A stretch of 64,000 nt of DNA from Zootoca vivipara. Its lineage: Eukaryota. Both the position numbers and the translations under genes were made by a program. The notes under the pieces are model-generated. The model worked only from the letters and a program-made list of their open reading frames with translations, was not told the DNA's origin and ran no database searches. The stretch is from contig NC_083288.1 of NCBI RefSeq assembly GCF_963506605.1, positions 45,880,001 to 45,944,000 on the forward strand. The letters are read 5' to 3'. This document shows positions 47,845 through 57,571 of the stretch, one piece after another; within the stretch, counting starts at the first letter, position 1; each line of letters begins with the position of its first letter.

Positions 47845-49585
47845 AAGGTAAAGGGACCCCTGACCATTATGTCCAGTTGTGACCGACTCTGGGGTTGTGG
47901 CGTTCATCTCGTGTTATTGACCAAGGGAGCCGGCGTACAGCTTCCAGGTCATGTGGCCAGCATGACAAAGCTGCTTCTGGCGAGACTTCTGGTCTACCGC
48001 CAATGCTGCGCAGCAACGCTCCCCTCGAGCTCCGAGGGAACGGGCTCCAAGAGGAGGAAGGAAGAGCCGAGAGAGCAACGCGGTCCCAAAAGAGCTCCAG
48101 ATTGGGCTTTCTGGAGACGAAGTTACTCGGCAGAGCCCAAAAAGCGACCCCTTTACTCCCCGGCAAGCCCTGTTAGGAGCTCCGGAATGAGTGGGGTGCT
48201 GCAGGCCATCGAGCGCCATTGTTACCCTCTCGGAGTGAAGCTCTGAGCTGACAGCGGAGAACGGTGGATTGTTCCTAAACAAAAAGAAAATTCTGCTGAT
48301 TTTGGACATTGTGAGTAAAAACCTTGATTGGCTAAATAATTTTAATGAATTGGTCACGGTGGGAGACTCCCACATTGATTTGCTTTGAAGCAGTAACCTG
48401 ACCCCTAGCAGGAAAGGTGAAAGGAAGCAATCAATTTACTGGGAATTGGACTGCTAAAATGCTCCCCTGAAGCAAGCTTGGGGGGGAGAGGTTTGAACTG
48501 AGGTAAATTGCCTGCAAGACTTTTAAGGAAGTTAAAAATCCTCCCCCCCCCCCCCAGGGAGCTGGATCTGGGTCCCTGGAGAGACCAGTGAATGGATTTA
48601 TAATTTTGTTGCTGTCAAGATTGGAATATTTTATAGTCAATTGGATTGGATTAATTTACAAAGAGATATTGAAGAGGTGCTTAAGACTGTGAATTAGGAC
48701 TTGGAGCTATAACAAAAGAATTAAAATGGAGTGGAATAGGCAGAACTGGACTTAAAATGGTGTCTATTTGGAAATTTGATTCCTGCCCCTTCCGGATTGG
48801 TTATCTCCTGTTTTCCCATGGGATCTGAAAAGGCAAGAGCTATGGCAGACTCAACACCATCACAAGACTTATATTGGCAAAAGCTCTATTTGGAACTTTT
48901 GGACATTAAAGATGAACTGGTCAAGAATACTAAGGAATTGCAACAAATTAATAAACAATTAAGTGATGCATGGTGCAGCAAGGAAAATGAGGTGGAAAGA
49001 GAAGAGACTTGTTCGGAGGAATTGGAGGAAAAATCACAAACAATAGACAGTATTAATAACTTGGAATTTAAAAGTTGTAAAGGAGAGGAGGAAGACGGCT
49101 GGAATGTCCCACAAGTGAGAGATGTGGAACAGAATTTGGATCTGAATAAAGAACTCCTCAAGGGAGAACCGGGGGGACTATTGCACTCCCAGTGAGAGAG
49201 GGAGTGCAAGGAAATCTCTGGGAAAATGGGAAGAAAGAAGGAGGGTGCTGGGAAGCAGCAAGAGAAGTGGGAAAACAGCAGAGTTGGTTTAAAAAATATT
49301 GGTGGAAGTTTTCGGAAAGGGTGGGAGCGGGTTAAAAAGGCTAATTGTATGATTTTAGGCTGGATTGATTGGGAACCAGCACAGCACACGGAAATGCCAT
49401 TTACCTTCCCACTGGAGCAGTACCTATTTATCTACTTGCACTTTGATGTGCTTTTGAACTGCTAGGTTGGCAGGAGCTGGGACCGAGCAACGGGAGCTCA
49501 TCCCGTTGCAGGGATTCAAACTGCCGACCTTCTGATCGGCAAGCCCTAGGCTCTGTGGTTTAACCCACAGCACCACCCGCGTCCC
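47845..49585 (-). mobile_element. Sauria-type SINE split by a 1.4-kb insertion
   Basis: Minus-strand start GGGACGCGGGTGGTGCTGTGGGTTAAACC, end CCTTTACCTT, TSD acttgtgatta at 47834-47844 and 49586-49596. Halves at 47845-47983 and 49375-49585. Confidence 0.85.
47984..49374 (+). mobile_element. L1-like 5' segment (5'UTR + degenerate coiled-coil ORF) inside the SINE
   Basis: Starts GACTTCTGG, like the L1 at 28476; CpG-rich head; ORF 48776-49195 with heptad-like LLDIKDELVKNTKELQQINKQL. Confidence 0.5.
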
Positions 49586-49624
49586 ACTTGTGATTAGGAA
49601 AAGACTATTGATGACAACTAGCCA

Positions 49625-49805
49625 TGGTGACTATGGACAGCAATGCTTCTGAGTACCAGCTGCTGGAAACCAGAGGAGCAGAGAGATCTCTTGTAGACAA
49701 ATCTTGCTTGCTGGATTCCCAAAAGCATCTGGTTGGCCACAGTAAGAGTGGGATGCTGAATTAGATGGGTCATTAACCTAATGCATCAGTCTCTTCTTAT
49801 GATTC
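49625..49805 (+). mobile_element. Old CR1-like 3' end
   Basis: ggttggccacagt...ggatgctgaattagatggg...tcttcttatg pattern. Confidence 0.5.
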
Positions 49806-49921
49806 CCAGCACTTGATACTGAGAAGCACGTGACAGTGGTAAAATACAGCCATTGTGTTTAATATATGCACTTTTTTAATTTGTAAGTGTTCAAACTGTC
49901 GTTAATATCACGTTTTACATT

Positions 49922-50090
49922 TCTTGGTGGTGGCGCCTGTCCTGTGGAACGCCCTCCCATCAGATGTCAAAGAGAAAAACAGCTACCAGATTTTTAGAAG
50001 ACATCTGAAGGCAGCCCTGTTTAGGGAGGCGTTTAATGTTTAATTGTTTTATTTCATTTTTCTGTTGTAAGCCGCCCAGAGTGCTCATGA

Positions 50091-50142
<52 letters not shown>
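49922..50142 (+). mobile_element. L2 3' end with (TTA)n tail
   Basis: Matches 60483-60680. Confidence 0.8.
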
Positions 50143-50809
50143 TGTAATATGTTTATATTGTTTATATCCCCGTGTCCTTTGTTTTTAAATCTGATTGCAG
50201 TACCAAAAAAATGAACAGAAACAGGTCATAGCCTTAATTGATGAATCATATTTTTATTTCTTAAATTTGTTCAGATATGTGAGAAAAATGAAATGAATCA
50301 ACTGATATGGTATCCTGAACTAACTGATAGGGTAGGTCCACAGCTTCCATTGCCACAAACACCTCAGACGAAATGCAAATGTAATATCAGATTAGCATTA
50401 CAGTAGTATCAGTGTTCGAAACGCCCATTGTTCTAGTTGCATTTTATGACAGGGAATTTCATTAGCACAAACAGTTTGTGAGCTCTGGGCACAGTACTGT
50501 GCCTAAGATTTTAGATAAAAAATTGCAGAGTGGAAGGAAAGGATGACTTTTTACTGCCTCCCCACTGGAGAAGAGACCATCTTAAGAATATTAGGGAGGT
50601 GGGCAGGGGAAAAATTAGACAATGTGAAAAATAAACATAATATTTTAGCTGCAGTTCATTCATTTTCAGCTTTGTAGTCTTGTTATAAGAAATGTGCCTA
50701 GACATTCCATTTTTGAACCTATAACCTAGGTTTATGGTGTCGTTCAGTTCTTAGCATTCATATCTCAGTTTCTAACACTGAGTAGAATGTAAATATATTA
50801 TTGGATTCC

Positions 50810-51151
50810 TTAATTATATCTCTTTGCTAGTTGCTCTCTGATGTTCAGCTTGGGCTTCAGCAGAATAATGTAGCATTTAGGGACAAAGATACAACCCAAT
50901 AACCCAGCACCAGAGGCTAGTATGGAGAAGATCTCTACAGCTACCATATATTTCCCCTTGGTGCTCAGGTAGGTAGGGACAAAGGACATCCAAACACTAG
51001 AAAACATCAACATGCTGAAGGTGATAAATTTGGCCTCGTTGAAAGTGTCCGGCAACTTCCTGGCCAGGAAAGCCACATTGAAGCTGATGATGGCCAGAAG
51101 GCCCATGTATCCCAGGACAAGATAAAACATGAGGACGGAACCTTCGTTGCA
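50810..51151 (-). CDS. Vmn2r: V2R-E exon 6, 3' half (TM5-7)
   Basis: [17 protein letters not shown]...[10 protein letters not shown]...AKRYN*. Confidence 0.9.
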   Translation of the reverse strand, partial: CNEGSVLMFYLVLGYMGLLAIISFNVAFLARKLPDTFNEAKFITFSMLMFSSVWMSFVPTYLSTKGKYMVAVEIFSILASGAGLLGCIFVPKCYIILLKPKLNIREQLAKRYN

Positions 51152-54100
51152 TCCTATATAATAATGTCCATGTTGTCCCTGCGTCCAGATGTCCCGTGTG
51201 TCCCTGGGTCACTGCGCATGTGCCCCAGGGATACAGGGATTGGACAGCAGAGACTGCGCGCGCGCACTCTCCCCCCACTCTGCCTCCTCCAACCGCCGCT
51301 CCCGCCGGGGTGGAGGCCGGCGAAGGCCTCCTCACAACCCTCCCTGGCCGTGAGGAGCGGCGGTTGGAGGAGGCGGGGGGGGGAGAGTGCGCGCGTCCTT
51401 CCTGTCGGCGGCTGGGGGAGAGGAAGGAAGGAGGAGAAAGCGCCGCTTTCTCCTCCTCCGTTCCTGTCCCCCTGCCGCCGACAGCAAGGACGGGTCCCAG
51501 GGTTCGGAGAAGCGCTGCGCAAGCGCTTCTCCGAACCCTGGGATGTCTGCTTCCTGTCGGCGGCTGCGGGAGAGGAACGGAGAAGGAGAAAGCAGCGCTT
51601 TCTCCTCCTCCGTTCCTGTCCCCCTGCCGCCGACAGCAAGGACGGGTCCCAGGGTTCGGAGAAGCGCTGCGCAAGCGCTTCTCCGAACCCTGGGATGTCT
51701 GCTTCCTGTCGGCGGCTGCGGGAGAGGAACGGAGAAGGAGAAAGCAGCGCTTTCTCCTCCTCCGTTCCTGTCCCCCTGCCGCCGACAGCAAGGACGGGTC
51801 CCAGGGTTCGGAGAAGCGCTGCGCAAGCGCTTCTCCGAACCCTGGGATGTCTGCTTCCTGTCGGCGGCTGCGGGAGAGGAACGGAGAAGGAGAAAGCAGC
51901 GCTTTCTCCTCCTCCGTTCCTGTCCCCCTGCCGCCGACAGCAAGGACGGGTCCCAGGGTTCGGAGAAGCGCTGCGCAAGCGCTTCTCCGAACCCTGGGAT
52001 GTCTGCTTCCTGTCGGCGGCTGCGGGAGAGGAACGGAGAAGGAGAAAGCAGCGCTTTCTCCTCCTCCGTTCCTGTCCCCCTGCCGCCGACAGCAAGGACG
52101 GGTCCCAGGGTTCGGAGAAGCGCTGCGCAAGCGCTTCTCCGAACCCTGGGATGTCTGCTTCCTGTCGGCGGCTGCGGGAGAGGAACGGAGAAGGAGAAAG
52201 CAGCGCTTTCTCCTCCTCCGTTCCTGTCCCCCTGCCGCCGACAGCAAGGACGGGTCCCAGGGTTCGGAGAAGCGCTGCGCAAGCGCTTCTCCGAACCCTG
52301 GGATATCTGCTTCCTGTCGGCGGCTGCGGGAGAGGAACGGAGAAGGAAAAAGCAGCGCTTTCTCCTCCTCCGTTCCTGTCCCCCTGCCGCCGACAGCAAG
52401 GACGGGTCCCAGGGTTCGGAGAAGCGCTGCGCAAGCGCTTCTCCGAACCCTGGGATGTCTGCTTCCTGTCGGCGGCTGCGGGAGAGGAACGGAGAAGGAG
52501 AAAGCAGCGCTTTCTCCTCCTCCGTTCCTGTCCCCCTGCCGCCGACAGCAAGGACGGGTCCCAGGGTTCGGAGAAGCGCTGCGCAAGCGCTTCTCCGAAC
52601 CCTGGGATGTCTGCTTCCTGTCGGCGGCTGCGGGAGAGGAACGGAGAAGGAGAAAGCAGCGCTTTCTCCTCCTCCGTTCCTGTCCCCCTGCCGCCGACAG
52701 CAAGGACGGGTCCCAGGGTTCGGAGAAGCGCTGCGCAAGCGCTTCTCCGAACCCTGGGATGTCTGCTTCCTGTCGGCGGCTGCGGGAGAGGAACGGAGAA
52801 GGAGAAAGCAGCGCTTTCTCCTCCTCCGTTCCTGTCCCCCTGCCGCCGACAGCAAGGACGGGTCCCAGGGTTCGGAGAAGCGCTGCGCAAGCGCTTCTCC
52901 GAACCCTGGGATGTCTGCTTCCTGTCGGCGGCTGCGGGAGAGGAACGGAGAAGGAGAAAGCAGCGCTTTCTCCTCCTCCGTTCCTGTCCCCCTGCCGCCG
53001 ACAGCAAGGACGGGTCCCAGGGTTCGGAGAAGCGCTGCGCAAGCGCTTCTCCGAACCCTGGGATGTCTGCTTCCTGTCGGCGGCTGCGGGAGAGGAACGG
53101 AGAAGGAGAAAGCAGCGCTTTCTCCTCCTCCGTTCCTGTCCCCCTGCCGCCGACAGCAAGGACGGGTCCCAGGGTTCGGAGAAGCGCTGCGCAAGCGCTT
53201 CTCCGAACCCTGGGATATCTGCTTCCTGTCGGCGGCTGCGGGAGAGGAACGGAGAAGGAAAAAGCAGCGCTTTCTCCTCCTCCGTTCCTGTCCCCCTGCC
53301 GCCGACAGCAAGGACGGGTCCCAGGGTTCGGAGAAGCGCTGCGCAAGCGCTTCTCCGAACCCTGGGATGTCTGCTTCCTGTCGGCGGCTGCGGGAGAGGA
53401 ACGGAGAAGGAGAAAGCAGCGCTTTCTCCTCCTCCGTTCCTGTCCCCCTGCCGCCGACAGCAAGGACGGGTCCCAGGGTTCGGAGAAGCGCTGCGCAAGC
53501 GCTTCTCCGAACCCTGGGATGTCTGCTTCCTGTCGGCGGCTGCGGGAGAGGAACGGAGAAGGAGAAAGCAGCGCTTTCTCCTCCTCCGTTCCTGTCCCCC
53601 TGCCGCCGACAGCAAGGACGGGTCCCAGGGTTCGGAGAAGCGCTGCGCAAGCGCTTCTCCGAACCCTGGGATGTCTGCTTCCTGTCGGCGGCTGCGGGAG
53701 AGGAACGGAGAAGGAGAAAGCAGCGCTTTCTCCTCCTCCGTTCCTGTCCCCCTGCCGCCGACAGCAAGGACGGGTCCCAGGGTTCGGAGAAGCGCTGCGC
53801 AAGCGCTTCTCCGAACCCTGGGATGTCTGCTTCCTGTCGGCGGCTGCGGGAGAGGAACGGAGAAGGAGAAAGCAGCGCTTTCTCCTCCTCCGTTCCTGTC
53901 CCCCTGCCGCCGACAGCAAGGACGGGTCCCAGGGTTCGGAGAAGCGCTGCGCAAGCGCTTCTCCGAACCCTGGGATATCTGCTTCCTGTCGGCGGCTGCG
54001 GGAGAGGAACGGAGAAGGAAAAAGCAGCGCTTTCTCCTCCTCCGTTCCTGTCCCCCTGCCGCCGACAGCAAGGACAGGTCCCAGGGTTCGGAGAAGCGCT

Positions 54101-54165
54101 GCGCAAGCGCTTCTCCGAACCCCAGGATTCTAGCGCCCGTTATTGAACGGGCTGAAAACCACTAG
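51152..54165 (+). mobile_element. Non-autonomous Helitron (3014 bp)
   Basis: 5' TCCTATATAATAA, 3' CTAG, subterminal hairpin GCCCGTT-attg-AACGGGC (54135-54152), inserted between host A (51151) and T (54166) with no TSD. Confidence 0.93.
51399..54127. repeat. ~18 x 152-bp GC-rich tandem array, each unit containing two hairpins
   Basis: ggatgtctgc recurs every 152 bp (51541, 51693, ...). Hairpin 1 has 40-bp arms (36/40 matched); hairpin 2 has perfect 22-bp arms. Confidence 0.97.
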
Positions 54166-54725
54166 TTCAACTATAATCTCTGTAGCCTGGGAGTGCATGT
54201 CCAAATCTGGGAATGGGGGAGAGATTGCCAGCCAAACCACACAAATGCCTGCTTGAAAAAGAGAGCCTGAAAGCACAATGGAGTTGGCCAGTCTTTTGCC
54301 CACCCACTTCCTCATGCTAGATCCTGGTTTGGTGGCCATAAAAGCAATCACAACAGTGATGGTTTTAGCCAACACACAAGAAACAGCCATAGAGAAGATG
54401 ATGCCAAAAGTAGTTTGACGGAGAATGCAGGTCACCTTCGTAGGTCTTCCAAGAAACAGCAAAGAACAGAGGAAGCAGAGGAGGAGGGAGACAAGGAGAA
54501 TGTAGCTGATGTCCCGATTGTTGGCTTTGACGATGGGGGTATCTCTGTGCTTGATGAAAAGTCTTAGCACGAAAGTGGTGATGAGTGAAAGAGAAACAGA
54601 AACCGAACTAAGGCTGATCCCCAAAGATTCTTCAAAAGAAATGAATGTCATAAGCTTGGAGATGCATCTATCTCTACTCTGTTTAGGATATTGATCATCT
54701 GGGCATTTAAAGCATTCATCCATGT
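54166..54725 (-). CDS. Vmn2r: V2R-E exon 6, 5' half (CRD end, TM1-4)
   Basis: MDECFKCPDDQY...DLDMHSQATEIIVE, then reads into the Helitron and stops at 54130. Confidence 0.9.
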
Positions 54726-54817
54726 CTGAAAAAGGAAAGGAGATTCATCATCACTGTGCCAATTTATACGCAAATTGTATCTGAGTCTTAGGACTGTATA
54801 GTGGTTGGTTATTCTTT

Positions 54818-55446
54818 TTTTTTTAGGTTATCATGTGATATCTTTTTTTCTTTTAATTATCTTTATTGAGATTTTAAAATAAGACATATATAACAGCGAT
54901 AATAGAAAAGAAAGGGGGGGGGAAGCATACATATATAATGGGAAAAGAATAAATAAATAAAATAAATAGAAGACTAAACGAACAGACCTACAAACTAAAC
55001 AATAGTAAAAAGAATTAAACTCAAATCTTTATGTAACATAATCTTAATGTAACATAACCTAATAATGTAACATAACATAACCTAATATAACATAACGTAA
55101 CATAACATAACTTATCATGATATGACATATCAAACATTCCGTATCTGAATCCATATTTAGTTGATAAATTTATAATAAAGGGGAAAAAAACATAGGATCA
55201 TGTCTAAAAAGATTTGAAAGTACATTTCAAATTACGCAGTACTAAAATCTGTTATCCCACCCCCTTCACCCCCCTCCATCCTATCGTGACTTCCAGCCTC
55301 TCCTATATTCTGATTTAAATTTCTCTGATGGTCTGCATACACATATCTGGCTTGGTTCTTTCTTTAATTTCCTTGGTCTTATTTGTGCCCCTCATAATTC
55401 CGCTATGAGTCTCATCTTTTCCACTTGTTTCTGTAAATATATTTTG
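54818..55446 (-). mobile_element. 5'-truncated L1 (ORF2 end + 3'UTR) with 18-bp TSD
   Basis: TSD agtggttggttattcttt at 54800-54817 and 55447-55464; reads KIYLQKQVEKMRLIAEL*; AATAAA and poly(A). Confidence 0.8.
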
Positions 55447-56100
55447 AGTGGTTGGTTATTCTTTAGCCAATGAATCAGAGCTGTGATTGGCAAGTGACTT
55501 GAAAAAGAAACAACACCTAAGCAACAGAAGTCCATGTTGGCCTCTCCAAAAACAATACTACTGTATTCCATCCCCTTTGGTGCACTTTTTCAGTTTCTGT
55601 CTCATTTTCTAGAGCTTGGAATCTCAGTAGTTTGCCCTTCTCTTCTTCCTAGGAACAAGGATGCATATTTCCTTTGGTGAATTTCTCTGAACTCAGGTTA
55701 CTCAGTATAAATCTTTTCTTTTCTTTTTTCAAATACAGCTATACAATAGCTACTGTGTATATTAAGAAATCCTCTGCCCTCACACAGCAAAAGCAACATT
55801 AGAAAAAGAAGAAATGCTTAGCCTGTCTCCTAGGATGCAGGAGCTAAAGTCTAGGCCCTACTTAAGAATTCATTGTATAGTATACTTACACAAATCTTAT
55901 GCAACTTGCAGATCCATGAGCTCTTTTATGAATGAGCCATGGCCAAATATACCTCCAGTCCCCTGAACCCATAACATCTTGTTGGCATCCCTGTCTGCGC
56001 CTGCCAAAAAATGGCTGGGAGAGGACAAAAGTCAACCCACCACTGAACATATTCTCAATCCCCAAGTGTTCCCTGTGGGTTGCATTCTGTCTCCCATCAG

Positions 56101-57095
56101 CTACTGCTGCTCTGCCAGGGAGTGTTTGGGAGGACTGCTCCCCCTGAAGCCCACTTCCACCTGGGGCTTGGGGCGGGTCCCCCACTCCACCACAGCTTTT
56201 AAGACTCCTGGGAGGCCTGGAACATCAGTGCTGCTGTGAGTACTGGAAGGACTGCTCCCCCTGAAGCCCACTTCCACCTTGGGCTTGGGGCGGGTCCCCC
56301 ACTCCACCACAGCTTTTAAGGCTCCTGGGAGGCCTGGAACATTGCTGCTGCTGCTGCTCTGCCAGGGAGTGTTTGGGAGGACTGCTCCCCCTGAAGCCCA
56401 CTTCCACCTGGGGCTTGGGGCGGGTCCCCCACTCCACCACAGCTTTTAAGGCTCCTGGGAGGCCTGGAACATCAGTGCTGCTGTGAGTACTTGAAGGACT
56501 GCTCCCCCTGAAGCCCACTTCCACCTTGGGCTTGGGGCGGGTCCCCCACTCCACCACAGCTTTTAAGGCTCCTGGGAGGCCTGGAACATTGCTGCTGCTG
56601 CTGCTCTGCCAGGGAGTGTTTGGGAGGACTGCTCCCCCTGAAGCCCACTTCCACCTGGGGCTTGGGGCGGGTCCCCCACTCCACCACAGCTTTTAAGGCT
56701 CCTGGGAGGCCTGGAACATCAGTGCTGCTGTGAGTACTTGAAGGACTGCTCCCCCTGAAGCCCACTTCCACCTGGGGCTTGGGGCGGGTCCCCCACTCCA
56801 CCACAGCTTTTAAGGCTCCTGGGAGGCCTGGAACATTGCTGCTGCTGCTGCTCTGCCAGGGAGTGTTTGGGAGGACTGCTCCCCCTGAAGCCCACTTCCA
56901 CCTGGGGCTTGGGGCGGGTCCCCCCACTCCACCACAGCTTTTAAGGCTCCTGGGAGGCCTGGAACATCACTGCTGCTGTGAGTACTGGAAGGACTGCTCC
57001 CCCTGAAGCCCACTTCCACCTTGGGCCCGGGGGCGGGACCCATACTCTACCATAGCTTTAAGGCTCCTAGGAGGCCTGAAACAGTGCCGCTGCTG
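56101..57095. repeat. 4 x 247-bp higher-order repeat (117+130-bp subunits) upstream of the L2 ORF
   Basis: gccaggg at 56114, 56361, 56608 and 56855; shared ~95-bp core aggactgctccccctgaagccc...ggcctggaacat occurs 8 times. Confidence 0.93.
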
Positions 57096-57571
57096 CTTTT
57101 CTTGTAATTCTGATGTGTTTGTAACTTTTATTGTTTTTGGTTTTTGTTTATCGTTTAGTCTGTTAGTTTGTTTTCTGTATTGGTTTTAAATTCGATTTTA
57201 AGGGGAGGGGTTAATTTTAGTTTGTAATTTTCTGTCTTTGTTTGTATTGTTTTATTGCATTAGTTTGTTTTCTGTATTGGTTTTAAATTTGATTTTAAGG
57301 GGAGGGGTCAATTTTAGTTTGTAATTTTCTGTCTTTGTATTGTTTTACTGTATTTTTTGATTTACATAGGTTTTAGGGAGGGATTTTTAGTCGGGTGTGG
57401 GAATCTGTTAAATTTTAGTGTATTTGTAATTTTTATTGTTTTTGGTTTTATTGTTTTATTGTGTTTTTTGTGTTTTTCTTTTGTTCTGTTCTTTGCTGTT
57501 TTTACAGAGGTTTTATTTTGTTTTTAAGGGGAGGGGTCAGGGCTGCCCGGGAGGGGGTCCCAGCAAGCAAA

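Noticed and set aside
50810-51130. ORFs 50810-51130 and 54130-54723 as two separate genes
   Set aside because: They are the two halves of one 902-nt V2R exon 6.
51399-54127. CRISPR-like array of palindromic repeats
   Set aside because: There are no unique spacers, the units are head-to-tail copies, no cas genes are present, and the context is vertebrate.
50997-54165. Six ~920-1020 aa ORFs covering all frames
   Set aside because: The 152-bp GC-rich unit has no stop triplet on either strand and 152 is not divisible by 3, so every frame cycles through the same repetitive peptide. This is an array artefact with no RepHel motifs.
55886-57043. Overlapping ORFs in the 247-bp array as L2 ORF1 or a gene
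   Set aside because: Short repetitive translations broken by stops in each period, mostly antisense to the L2, with no domain signal.
57461-57571. N-terminal hydrophobic extension of L2 ORF2
   Set aside because: Non-ATG start in a T-rich UTR; the first ATG is at 57572.
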